Shown: positions 1 to 8,720 of the stretch, piece after piece
How the letters are laid out: every line of letters starts with the position of its first letter
How positions within the stretch are numbered: the first letter of the stretch is position 1
IMG/VR virus record: IMGVR_UViG_3300014026_000114
DNA from: a virus
Length of the DNA stretch: 64,000 bases
Reading direction: 5' to 3' (one strand)
Made by a program: the position numbers and the translations under genes
Notes under the pieces: generated by a model
The model's database searches: none
What the model saw: only the letters and a program-made list of their open reading frames with translations
What the model was told of the DNA's origin: nothing

Positions 1-478
1 TAAAACAAGGAGGAAGATCGAAGCCAACAAGCGCACGATTCTTCATCGTGTTGACGGACAGTTTTCCTGTTTGGAGAAACGCGTAATCCCGCCCATGGTT
101 CAAATCGCATTGCGGACGTGAAAAATAGAGTGGTTTCTGCAACCAATCCAACGTCTTCTGCGTGTATTCGATTTCTCCGTTTTCGTTTTTATACTTGTAA
201 GGATTTTGGAATAGTTGGGTTTGCACCGTTTGATAACGGGCGGTAACAGTCTTAAAGGTCGCTGTCGTAATTTGGGACTTTAATCTAAATTTTTCTCGGA
301 TGGTTGTATACAATACTTTTTGAAGTTTGAACGAATTTAATTCAAACTCATGAGTAAATACATATTCCGAGATAAAATTACAAGCATTCTTATAAGCATT
401 GGTTAATTCTTTGAATGCAAGATCCTGCGCATCGGTCACTTTGAGATGGAGTTTGATGGTTTTTGTAATTTCGGGCAA
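1..478 (-). CDS. tnpB: TnpB (IS200/IS605 family RNA-guided nuclease), N-terminal part; runs off the window edge
   Basis: Not in the ORF track. Manual translation from TTG at 478 (after GAGGTG RBS) gives MPEITKTIKLHLKVTDAQDLAFKELTNAYKNACNFISEYVF...LQKVLYTTIREKFRLKSQ...FSRPQCDL, typical of Firmicute TnpB N-termini. An IS605-type end hairpin lies upstream. Confidence 0.85.
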   Translation of the reverse strand, partial: MPEITKTIKLHLKVTDAQDLAFKELTNAYKNACNFISEYVFTHEFELNSFKLQKVLYTTIREKFRLKSQITTATFKTVTARYQTVQTQLFQNPYKYKNENGEIEYTQKTLDWLQKPLYFSRPQCDLNHGRDYAFLQTGKLSVNTMKNRALVGFDLPPCF

Positions 479-554
479 TGGTTTCACCTCGCTTTCTCTA
501 TAAAAATTATAATATATAGCATACTGAATGTAAAGAAAGAATTAAGAAAGGAGA

Positions 555-611
555 CAAGCGCTCCTCCCTATGCCTAAAGGTAGGGACTTCCGCGCTCAAT
601 TACTTCGGTGA
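555..611 (-). mobile_element. IS200/IS605 left-end subterminal hairpin of the tnpB element (no tnpA between end and tnpB)
   Basis: Minus strand TCACCGAAGTAATTGAGCGCGGAAGTCCCTACCTTTAGGCATAGGGAGGAGCGC; imperfect hairpin around CCTTTAGG, characteristic of this family. Confidence 0.75.
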
Positions 612-737
612 GTTGCATATGTTTATTGTATCATCAAAATTAACTAATAGATAAGAGGTTTTGTTTCTCTACATACATAAAAATCAATAAGATTTTTATT
701 AGTTAATTTCTATTTCTCTTGAAAGGAGGCGATAATT

Positions 738-1283
738 ATGAAGTTGTGGACTATCCAGCCTGTCGAAGTTTGGCAGGAATTGGAAAAAACAGGAAGGTTT
801 ATCTGCAATATTGATAAATCCGAGTTTGTTTCTAACGCTCCAATTATCCATAATGCCTACGACTGGCTTGTTGCGCAGATGGAGAAGAGAATTTCTCCCC
901 GCCCGATGGATGTCAGTTATCCGATTTGGGCTTGGTATTTGCTCAATGGAGAAAATAAAAAGCCTGACTTTCGCACTCGCATGTTTCGTTACGAGGCGAA
1001 AGTGCACAATGTGTGCATCGAACTTGCCATGGACGAGGCAGACGTTCTGTTGAGTTGTTATGAAGCGTGGCATAGCGTGCTCAATGGTTGGTTTTTTAAC
1101 AATGAAACCAACGATGAAGAGTGGGAGAAAAAGGACGAGTGGTTTGAGAGTTTGCGCGGTAAAGAGCGCGAAGAAGCAAAACTCGCGTCTTGGAACAATA
1201 TCTTCGTTCTTGATGAGCCTTACGTTCAGGCGACGTTTTGGGAACTCGGGATGGAGAATGTTCGCGATGTGAAATTCCTCTAA
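738..1283 (+). CDS. DUF3841-family protein
   Basis: MKLWTIQP start, AYDWL...YPIWAWY...KPDFR, VLLS.YEAWHSVLN and QATFWEL motifs; GGAGG RBS. Confidence 0.75.
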   Translation: MKLWTIQPVEVWQELEKTGRFICNIDKSEFVSNAPIIHNAYDWLVAQMEKRISPRPMDVSYPIWAWYLLNGENKKPDFRTRMFRYEAKVHNVCIELAMDEADVLLSCYEAWHSVLNGWFFNNETNDEEWEKKDEWFESLRGKEREEAKLASWNNIFVLDEPYVQATFWELGMENVRDVKFL

Positions 1284-1324
1284 GTAAAAACAAAAAAGAG
1301 TTGTCGTTTGACAGCTCTTTTTTG

Positions 1325-1485
1325 CAAAACACCGAGACAAGATTTTGATTTTGATGTATACCAAGAACAACAAAAACGTAGGCATATCTAAACCGCGACG
1401 GAGGCTAAAGTGGAGACTGATGTGTTGAGCAAACCCTAAATTGGCGGGAATTCCAAAGTTAGGTTAGCAGTCGAAATAGATTGCT
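1325..1485 (+). promoter_or_regulatory. Promoter plus CRISPR-leader-like segment, duplicated (inverted) at 20642-20859
   Basis: 1387-1485 aligns closely with the reverse complement of 20642-20742; promoter block CAAAACACC(G/A)AGACAAG..TATAC(C/T)AAG is shared; both copies end in GATTGCT directly before a repeat. Confidence 0.8.
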
Positions 1486-1517
1486 ATCGTACTTCTCGAA
1501 AGTGCGCGGATTGAGCT
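1486..1517 (+). CRISPR. Solitary type I-C-like repeat unit (candidate RNA anti-CRISPR)
   Basis: ATCGTACTTCTCGAAAGTGCGCGGATTGAGCT, 32 nt, 7-bp stem CGTACTT/AAGTGCG, then a GGATTGA 3' end like I-C repeats; no second repeat; terminator follows. Confidence 0.75.
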
Positions 1518-1526
1518 AAACAAAAC

Positions 1527-1556
1527 AAAAAAGCGACCAATTATGGTCGTTTTTTT
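1527..1556 (+). terminator. Intrinsic terminator after the solitary repeat
   Basis: AAAAAAGCGACCA-ATTA-TGGTCGTTTTTTT hairpin plus U tract. Confidence 0.8.
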
Positions 1557-1598
1557 ATGGTACAATTAAAGTTAGCACGCAAAGGAAGGAGAATCGCC

Positions 1599-2441
1599 TT
1601 GAAAGAACTAAAAATACTAGTCGCTGTTGCAGTCTCAGGTATCGCGCTCATCGGCACTAAAACATATGCCGAACACGAAAACGTACTATCAGCGCAGAAA
1701 CATCGCGAAATGATTGTGTTAGAACAGCAGAATGAGCAGAAAAAGTACAAAGAAGAATCACGCAATAATCAAGCGCAAGATGACGATGGTTTGCTCCAAG
1801 ATACTATCCAAGACTTAGATAATATGCTCGTCCATGTCAACTTGCCAGAAGAAAAGCAGATCATTGAGATTCCTTCCTACGACGACGATATGCAAACCAA
1901 CGTGGGCAGCTATCAAAGCTCCAACGGTAATCTCTCCTATCGCCACATAGCGCAAGCAGGTATGCGCGGTGTGCAGTCATCGGGGCCTTATTCGTTTGAC
2001 GTGACACTACCATCCAATGTGACCGCATTTGAGTTAAATGAAGTGCTGAAAGATACAGGTCTTGCAGGTCTTGGTGAAGCATATGTGCAGGCTGAAATGG
2101 AAACAGGAGTGAACGCTGTGTTCTTATGCGCACTAACAGCGGTTGAAAGCGGATGGGGAACCTCTCCAATCGCAAAGTTAAAGAACAACATCGGCGGTTA
2201 TGGGGCTTATGATAGCTCCCCATATGAATCCGCAGTAACATTCAGTAGCCGCGAAGAGTGCATTAAAACAATCGCACACGCCATCGCAAAGAACTATGTG
2301 TCTCCAACTGGTCCATACTACTATGGTACGACAATCGCCGCAATTAACACAAAATACTCCACAAGTTCGCACTGGAAAAGCTCTATATGGACGATTGCGA
2401 AGAAAATTCAGGATGAAATTAACGCGCAAGGGAATTACTAA
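1599..2441 (+). CDS. Secreted GH73 glucosaminidase (peptidoglycan hydrolase)
   Basis: GVNAVFL.A...ESGWGTS, NNIGGYGAYDSSP, NTKYSTSSHW; signal peptide; TTG start after AAGGAG. Confidence 0.85.
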   Translation: MKELKILVAVAVSGIALIGTKTYAEHENVLSAQKHREMIVLEQQNEQKKYKEESRNNQAQDDDGLLQDTIQDLDNMLVHVNLPEEKQIIEIPSYDDDMQTNVGSYQSSNGNLSYRHIAQAGMRGVQSSGPYSFDVTLPSNVTAFELNEVLKDTGLAGLGEAYVQAEMETGVNAVFLCALTAVESGWGTSPIAKLKNNIGGYGAYDSSPYESAVTFSSREECIKTIAHAIAKNYVSPTGPYYYGTTIAAINTKYSTSSHWKSSIWTIAKKIQDEINAQGNY

Positions 2442-2528
2442 TTAGGTTAAAATTTGGTTAGACCGCAACTTTTGGGACAAACAAAAAAGAGAGGCGAAAG
2501 CCTCTCCTTTTTATTGTTTTTTTAGTTG

Positions 2529-4541
2529 TCAGAAATCCAAATTCATGACCCTATGTGCATTCTCTTGGATGTATTTGCGCCTTGGTTCAACCTTGTTGCC
2601 CATCAGCAGATTGAACGTTTCATCAGCATCTTCTGCGTCCTCAACGGAGCACTGAACGATGGTGCGCTCTTCCGGATTCATCGTTGTTTCAAAGAGCTGT
2701 GTGGCGTTCATCTCGCCAAGCCCCTTATAACGCTGAATTGTGATGCCATCGGTTCCAATTTTGTTCAAAAGAGCTTCCTGTTCGGCATCGTTGTAGGTGT
2801 ACCAGTGTTGCTTTCCTTTTTTGACAAGGAAGAGCGGCGGCTGTGCGATATAAACGTGACCATTCTTGATGAGGTCTGGCATGTAACGGAAGAAGAATGT
2901 CAGCATCAGCGTTCTGATGTGAGCACCATCAACATCAGCATCGGTCATGATAACGACCTTGTGATAGCGCAGTTTGGACTCATCATAGTCATCGTGAATA
3001 CCGCAGCCAAAGCAAGAAATCATCGTTTGGATTTCTTGGTTGGCGAGGATTTTATTCATGCTTCCCTTTTCGACGTTAAGGATTTTTCCTCGTAATGGAA
3101 GAATAGCCTGTGTGCGCCTGTCACGCCCCTGTTTTGCCGAACCTCCTGCGGAATCACCTTCGACGAGGTAAATCTCGCACTCCTCCGGCTTCTTGCTTGA
3201 GCAGTTTGCAAGTTTTCCTGAGATGGTTACCTTGGATGCTTCTTTTTTATTGCGTGCAAGCTCTTTTGCCTTTCGTGCAGCCTCTCTTGCGGCGGCAGCA
3301 ACACAGTTCTTTTCGACAATCTTTTTGCCTTCAGTTGGGTTTTGCTCGAAGAATCGTGTAACGAACTCTACTGTTGCGTCTTTGACTTCAGCGAGCGCTT
3401 CGGATGAACCCAATGCGCCCTTTGTCTGTCCTTCAAACTGTGGCTCAGGGAATTTGATGGAAACGACAGAGACAAGACCTTCCTCAACATCTTTCTGCTT
3501 GAGGTCAGGTGTGTCCTTTTTGAGGAATCCCCAGTCGCGAGCGAACTTGTTGATGACCTGCACAAGACCGCTCTTAAAACCGCGTGCATGAGTACCGCCA
3601 TTGACTGTGTTGATGTTGTTGACGAAGGAGAATCCTTTTTCGTTGTACGAACTGCAATACTGGAACGCGACCTCAATGATGTCGGTAACATTGCGAATGT
3701 CTTCTTTCCCTGTTGCTTCATCAGTGAAATTTACTTTGCGATTTGTGTACTCTGCCTTAAAGTAAACGACATCCTTATTGACAACACTGTCCTCACGTTC
3801 CGCTACCTGCTGAACGAATGTCGTAATGCCGCCCTCATAGTGATAACTTTCCTTCCTTGGGACGCCATCGTCGTTCTTATCACGCTCATCGGTGAAGTTA
3901 ATCACAAGCCCACTGTTAAGGAACGCAAGCTCCTTAAAGCGACGGCGAAGTACGCTGTATTCAAACACAGTGGTTTCAAACATGGTTGCGTCAGGATAGA
4001 AGGTGATGGTTGTCCCTGTCTCCTTCTTTGGCGCTTGCCCGATGATCTTCATCTTCTTGGTCACATGACCGCGAGAGAACTCAATCTGCGCGATTTTGCC
4101 ATCACGGCGCACTTCCGCAATCATCTTGTCTGAAAGCGCATTGACAACAGACACGCCAACGCCATGAAGCCCGCCTGAAACCTTGTAGGCAGAAGCATTG
4201 AATTTGCCGCCTGCATGAAGCTCTGTCAGAACCACTTCAAGCGCAGGTTTGCCGCTCTTGTGCATATCAATAGGAATACCTCGCCCATGATCTGCAACGG
4301 AGCACGAACCATCTTCATGGATGGTAACGTCAATCTCTTTGCCGTAACCAGCCATACATTCGTCGATGGAATTGTCGATAACCTCATAGACGAGATGATG
4401 CAGACCTGCCGCCGATGTGCTTCCGATATACATACCAGGACGCTTACGAACTGCTTCTAGCCCTTTTAGAACTTGGATTTCGCTTGCGTCATAGTTTTCT
4501 TGTTTTACGTCATATTTTTCTTGTTTTGTTTCTTTTGCCAA
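2529..4541 (-). CDS. gyrB: DNA gyrase subunit B
   Basis: LEAVRKRPGMYIG, EVIDNSIDE, HAGGKF, GGLHGVGVSVVNALS, EGDSAGG, PLRGKILN, MTDADVDGAHI, QRYKGLGEMN. Confidence 0.97.
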   Translation of the reverse strand: MAKETKQEKYDVKQENYDASEIQVLKGLEAVRKRPGMYIGSTSAAGLHHLVYEVIDNSIDECMAGYGKEIDVTIHEDGSCSVADHGRGIPIDMHKSGKPALEVVLTELHAGGKFNASAYKVSGGLHGVGVSVVNALSDKMIAEVRRDGKIAQIEFSRGHVTKKMKIIGQAPKKETGTTITFYPDATMFETTVFEYSVLRRRFKELAFLNSGLVINFTDERDKNDDGVPRKESYHYEGGITTFVQQVAEREDSVVNKDVVYFKAEYTNRKVNFTDEATGKEDIRNVTDIIEVAFQYCSSYNEKGFSFVNNINTVNGGTHARGFKSGLVQVINKFARDWGFLKKDTPDLKQKDVEEGLVSVVSIKFPEPQFEGQTKGALGSSEALAEVKDATVEFVTRFFEQNPTEGKKIVEKNCVAAAAREAARKAKELARNKKEASKVTISGKLANCSSKKPEECEIYLVEGDSAGGSAKQGRDRRTQAILPLRGKILNVEKGSMNKILANQEIQTMISCFGCGIHDDYDESKLRYHKVVIMTDADVDGAHIRTLMLTFFFRYMPDLIKNGHVYIAQPPLFLVKKGKQHWYTYNDAEQEALLNKIGTDGITIQRYKGLGEMNATQLFETTMNPEERTIVQCSVEDAEDADETFNLLMGNKVEPRRKYIQENAHRVMNLDF

Positions 4542-4629
4542 GATTTATTACCGTCCTTTGCACTCAAAATAAAAAGCAAAACTCTCACAGTGCCATTTTA
4601 TCATGTCATGCGAGAGTTTGCAGAGAATC

Positions 4630-5109
4630 TTAATTCTCTTGGTTTTCCTTTGTATTAAATGCGTTTAACGCATCGCTGATTTCTTCAATGTCAACATTGT
4701 AGACGCCACGACGTGCGACAACTTCGGGGAACTCGCTGATGGTTGGGTTAATCTTCTTCCACTTACGATTTCCTGCTTTGTCCTCGGTATATTCGCAATA
4801 GGAAAGTAGGTGATCCACAATCGCAATACGCGTCTCCATCGGGCACTCTTGCCAGTATTTGAAGTTGACGACAATCCCGAAATCAATTCCAGTGAGTGCG
4901 TGGACATAAGGCGAAATGAGCTTCACATCACCTGTCACAACGCGCTCATTCTTCTTCCAAGTGCCATCCTTGAACATGAATGACATCTTTGCGTCACGAA
5001 GATGCTTATGGTAGTGTTTCATAATTTCGTTCGCCACTTTTTGCACTTCGGGCGCAGGAAAAAACTTGATTTTTTCTTTTTTTTCTTCTTTGACTTCTTG
5101 TTCGCTCAT
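4630..5109 (-). CDS. Phage metallopeptidase-like protein, HExxH motif degenerate
   Basis: HLRDAKMSFMF, GIDFGIVVN..YW, IAIVDHLLSY (HELxH expected), ISEFPEVVARRG; ATG at 5109 after GGAGG. Confidence 0.55.
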   Translation of the reverse strand: MSEQEVKEEKKEKIKFFPAPEVQKVANEIMKHYHKHLRDAKMSFMFKDGTWKKNERVVTGDVKLISPYVHALTGIDFGIVVNFKYWQECPMETRIAIVDHLLSYCEYTEDKAGNRKWKKINPTISEFPEVVARRGVYNVDIEEISDALNAFNTKENQEN

Positions 5110-5126
5110 TTTTGCTCCTCCAATGT

Positions 5127-5771
5127 TTATTGGAGTAAATCCTTCCACGTTGTTTTGCGAAAGAATTGCTCCATCGTGAGAATCAGAAACGCATGATTTT
5201 TGCTAAACTCCTGCATCCCATCTTCTCCATATTCATCATTTACAAAATCGTCAAAGCTTTTTGCTACTTCGATTTTTGATTTAGAATCTGCCGTTACGAT
5301 TCGAATGTCGTTATCGTTTTCAAGCATCTTTTGGAATACTTCTTTGTCTTGATCAAAGGACGAGTAATACATGATGTAAAACTTCTGTCCTTTTTTCTCA
5401 ATCATTAAGTTGTATTCCAAGCCGTTCTTCGCAGAAAAGTCTCGCTTGACGATATAGCGACAACTTCTGAACTTACGCGCTAATTTGGACACATTATGCC
5501 CATCAGGCGTTCCATCGTCGCCATCTAAAATCTTAGCAAAAGCTCTTTTTTCTTCTTCGGATGAGAGTTTATAGAGAATGGTTTTGCCACCTCTGTATTT
5601 CGTGATTTCATCTGTGATAAAAAGGCGCTTGATGCCAGACATTAGCGCCTCTGATGAAAAAGCATCTATATTCTCTTTTAATGTCTTTAATGACATGCTT
5701 GTGTCTTTAAGTGTGGAAAGGATTGCTTGATCTACTTGGTTAATTTCTTCTGTATAGAGTTCTTGTTCCAA
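5127..5771 (-). CDS. Hypothetical protein (possible N-terminal winged helix)
   Basis: 214-aa ORF with GAGGTG RBS; no firm family motif. Confidence 0.6.
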   Translation of the reverse strand: MEQELYTEEINQVDQAILSTLKDTSMSLKTLKENIDAFSSEALMSGIKRLFITDEITKYRGGKTILYKLSSEEEKRAFAKILDGDDGTPDGHNVSKLARKFRSCRYIVKRDFSAKNGLEYNLMIEKKGQKFYIMYYSSFDQDKEVFQKMLENDNDIRIVTADSKSKIEVAKSFDDFVNDEYGEDGMQEFSKNHAFLILTMEQFFRKTTWKDLLQ

Positions 5772-5830
5772 CGTTGCTCACCTCATGGAGGTGATTATAA
5801 CCGAAAAACCAAGAAGAATGGCTAGATAGC

Positions 5831-6688
5831 TTAGTATCTTGCGCTAAATCCTTTAATATCCAAAGGATATTGTTGCATCAATGTGCAAAAATCATCGCTC
5901 AGTAGATTGCCGATTTTCGTATAGTTATCGCCAAATGCAAGCGTCAGCAAGTCGCCATTGTTGCCAACAACGATGTAGGTGTTTCGCATCGTTTTTTCAA
6001 CGATATATTCCGTGTTATCGCGATTGATTTTGTACGCCAAATCAGCGCAATCAAGAAACAGGTTGTTGTTTTTTAGAAATTGATTAAACCCAGCATCACT
6101 GACGCAAATATTGCTATTATTGTGCTTCCCATTGTCAAATGGTTGGCAACGGAAGAACTTCCATTTATCCACAAATTGCACCAATGGATGCGCATTGGCA
6201 ACGATGTGCTCTTTGCAGTTGAGCTTATTAACGACAGTGTTAATCTTAATTTCGCAATCAGTGTACTCTTTCAGGTGCTGGAAGATAATTTTTAAGTTAT
6301 CAAGATTAAGCTGTCTGTTGCCCTGATGCCGTCCAATAAGTGCATTGATTGGCGCTTCAAATGAGTCAATGGAAACGCCAAGCATGTCTACTTTGTGCAG
6401 AATAGAAGCGTGCTTATTGAAATCCAGAAAGAAGCCATTCGTAACAATGCTGATTACTTTTTGTTTTTCGTCCTTGATGTAGCTGACAATGCGCTCCAAA
6501 TCAGGATGCAAAAAAGGTTCCCCGCCCGCGATATTGATAGCAACTACGAAACCGTCTTGACAGATATTGTCAATAACTTTTTTCCAATCTTCAAAGCGCA
6601 AATCCGTTGGCGAAAATTTGCCAAAACAATGCGCACAGTTAAAATTGCACTTGTTTGTGATATGGAGATTCGCTTTTTTCTTAAACAT
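5831..6688 (-). CDS. Prokaryotic viperin-like radical SAM enzyme
   Basis: NLHITNKCNFNCAHCF (CxxxCxxC), INIAGGEPFL, SIVTNG, GVSIDS, IGR, KINTVVNKLN, KWKFF, MRNTYIVVGNNG; order and length match viperin. Confidence 0.75.
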   Translation of the reverse strand: MFKKKANLHITNKCNFNCAHCFGKFSPTDLRFEDWKKVIDNICQDGFVVAINIAGGEPFLHPDLERIVSYIKDEKQKVISIVTNGFFLDFNKHASILHKVDMLGVSIDSFEAPINALIGRHQGNRQLNLDNLKIIFQHLKEYTDCEIKINTVVNKLNCKEHIVANAHPLVQFVDKWKFFRCQPFDNGKHNNSNICVSDAGFNQFLKNNNLFLDCADLAYKINRDNTEYIVEKTMRNTYIVVGNNGDLLTLAFGDNYTKIGNLLSDDFCTLMQQYPLDIKGFSARY

Positions 6689-6920
6689 GGTTTGCCCGCC
6701 TTTTTCTACAACTAGTCTTGTTCGCCATTATGCAAACTCTAATGGATGTCTTTCAACTTTTGTTATCTCATCGAAATCAACAATGATTTTATTGCAGCAA
6801 TGTTGTAGATCATTTTGGTACGTAAACCAAGCACTTAAGCGCCGCCTTCTTTTTATTCTACAATAAAATAACAAAAAACGACAGCGCATTTTTTGCACTG
6901 CCGCCACAAATCAAGTTTCG

Positions 6921-7406
6921 TTACTGAATATAGACATTTACGCCTCTGCGTCCCCAGTTAAACGCATCCTCGCGCGATTCAAATGCGAGATCAATACGAT
7001 TGCCAACAATAGCGCCGCCTGTATCAGCAGCGATTGCGTGACCGTAACCTTCAACGAACATGCTTGTTCCAAGTGATATTACATCGGTATCAACAGCGGC
7101 AATTCCATAATGCAAGAACTCCCCTGTTGCCGTATAATCGCCGCATCCAGGATCAAAGCGCGTGTACCCAGTTGCTTCCATCCACAGCACGTTAGAGTAG
7201 TCTAAGTTTTCCATTGCGTTACCGAGCTTGTTAGATACGCCAAGAGAGTTGACTACATTGTACTTTGTCTTCAAAGTTTGTGCTGATTGGAACGCTGTGA
7301 GTTCCGATGCTTCAGATGTCGCTGTAATCGCGCTCAATGCGAACATAGAGCATAAAAGAGCCTTTGTGATTTTCTTTAAGAGGTTTTTCTTTGTCTTGCT
7401 GGTCAT
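6921..7406 (-). CDS. Secreted 3D-domain protein
   Basis: MEATGY, TATG, AAVD..VI.LGT.MFVEGYG.AIAADTGGAIVGNRIDL, WGRR. Confidence 0.9.
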   Translation of the reverse strand: MTSKTKKNLLKKITKALLCSMFALSAITATSEASELTAFQSAQTLKTKYNVVNSLGVSNKLGNAMENLDYSNVLWMEATGYTRFDPGCGDYTATGEFLHYGIAAVDTDVISLGTSMFVEGYGHAIAADTGGAIVGNRIDLAFESREDAFNWGRRGVNVYIQ

Positions 7407-7565
7407 TTGTTCCCAACCTTTCTCTGATAGACTTCTTAATTCTCGCGACTTAAATTGTCGCATGACATTTAGATTAACAAAAACGGATTAAAAAATTATG
7501 AGAAACAAAAAAGATGAGCTTTTTGCTCACCTTCTTTGCTCTTAATGGTACTCACCAGTAGGAAT

Positions 7566-7670
7566 TTAGTCCGTCACCTTGTCTTTTGCGACTGAAAAAA
7601 GCCCCATCACAAACAGCAAACCAAATTCGCCCACGAGTACGCCTGCAATAAACGCCAAAATTGATTCCAT
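7566..7670 (-). CDS. 34-aa single-pass membrane peptide
   Basis: AAGGGGAG RBS; MESILAFIAGVLVGEFGLLFVMGLFSVAKDKVTD; below the ORF-track cutoff. Confidence 0.6.
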   Translation of the reverse strand: MESILAFIAGVLVGEFGLLFVMGLFSVAKDKVTD

Positions 7671-7685
7671 GTTTTACTACTCCCC

Positions 7686-8087
7686 TTAAATCTCAAAAAA
7701 CTCCAACCCAAAACCATCTATGTCTTTCTGTGTCGCTTCTGGAATCAAGAAACCTGTTTCTTCATGAATCCACTCCACGAATACATTACGGCAATCAAAC
7801 TTTGGTGGTTTATACCATCCAAGCAACAGCTTGTGATTGTATTTTTCTAACACCTCATAAGGATCTAGTTTTGACAGCGTTTGTGCAATATACTGCCGCT
7901 TAAACTCGTCTCGTGAGATGTCTAATAGCCTGAAATAGTGCTTGTAAAGCTCTTCGTCACAGCACAGCTCTTTTGCGCGCCCCATAACGAACCAAGGCGG
8001 CGTTTTCGGGCAAATAGAGATGCTGCTTGTGTGCTTTGCGGCTAAACTGAAATAACTGGTGAAGATGTCGTATTTTTTATCAATCAT
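7686..8087 (-). CDS. DUF488-like protein (divergent)
   Basis: IFTSYF, SISI...PPWF, FKRQY..QTLSKLDP..V; usual LLCYE..FCHR appears as LLGWY..FDCR. Confidence 0.6.
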   Translation of the reverse strand: MIDKKYDIFTSYFSLAAKHTSSISICPKTPPWFVMGRAKELCCDEELYKHYFRLLDISRDEFKRQYIAQTLSKLDPYEVLEKYNHKLLLGWYKPPKFDCRNVFVEWIHEETGFLIPEATQKDIDGFGLEFFEI

Positions 8088-8162
8088 TTGTGCGAACCCT
8101 CGATTCTTAGTATATAATGTTATTGATGATGTTTCAGAAAAACTGTAAAGGGATAAATACAA

Positions 8163-8672
8163 ATGTTAAAAAGAACTCCATTCAAATCCAAACCATCAAA
8201 ACTTAAAACAACCAATGGATTCAAGCCTAAAAATAAATCCGATCAAACTATATCAGAGCGTAAAGCCGCGACAATTTCACCTAATGTTACATTAGTATCA
8301 CATACTACTAATTCTAGCAATTCTACTGCAAAAGACAAGCCAACGTCTATACAGAAACCTACAACAGCAACAAAACCTGCACGCATTAAAAGTCAATCAA
8401 CCATCAACAAGTGTAAACTAGATCACTGCGAATGGTGCGGTGCAACATGTAGCGGCAATGAGCCACATCACATCATCACAAGAGGCGCAGGAGGGCCTGA
8501 TATTCCTGAAAACTTGGTTCAGCTTTGCCCTATTTGCCACAGAAAGGCACACGCGGGGGCAATTCCAAGAGATAGACTGTTCGCTGTTGTAGCGCGTCGC
8601 TTAGGCATCAAAAAGAGCGTTCAGATGGACATCTTAAAAGCTGCTACGGGACGAGATTGGACGGAAAGCTGA
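8163..8672 (+). CDS. HNH endonuclease with basic N-terminus
   Basis: CEWCG...HHIITRGAGGPDIPENLVQLCPICHRKAH. Confidence 0.88.
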   Translation: MLKRTPFKSKPSKLKTTNGFKPKNKSDQTISERKAATISPNVTLVSHTTNSSNSTAKDKPTSIQKPTTATKPARIKSQSTINKCKLDHCEWCGATCSGNEPHHIITRGAGGPDIPENLVQLCPICHRKAHAGAIPRDRLFAVVARRLGIKKSVQMDILKAATGRDWTES

Positions 8673-8720
8673 AAATCTGCTATCCTTTCTTTAGTATTTA
8701 AAAGAAAGGATTGTTCTTTT

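Noticed and set aside
699..1385. Long antisense ORFs (also 23914-25083, 52707-53696, 57158-57919)
   Set aside because: Shadows of well-supported genes on the opposite strand
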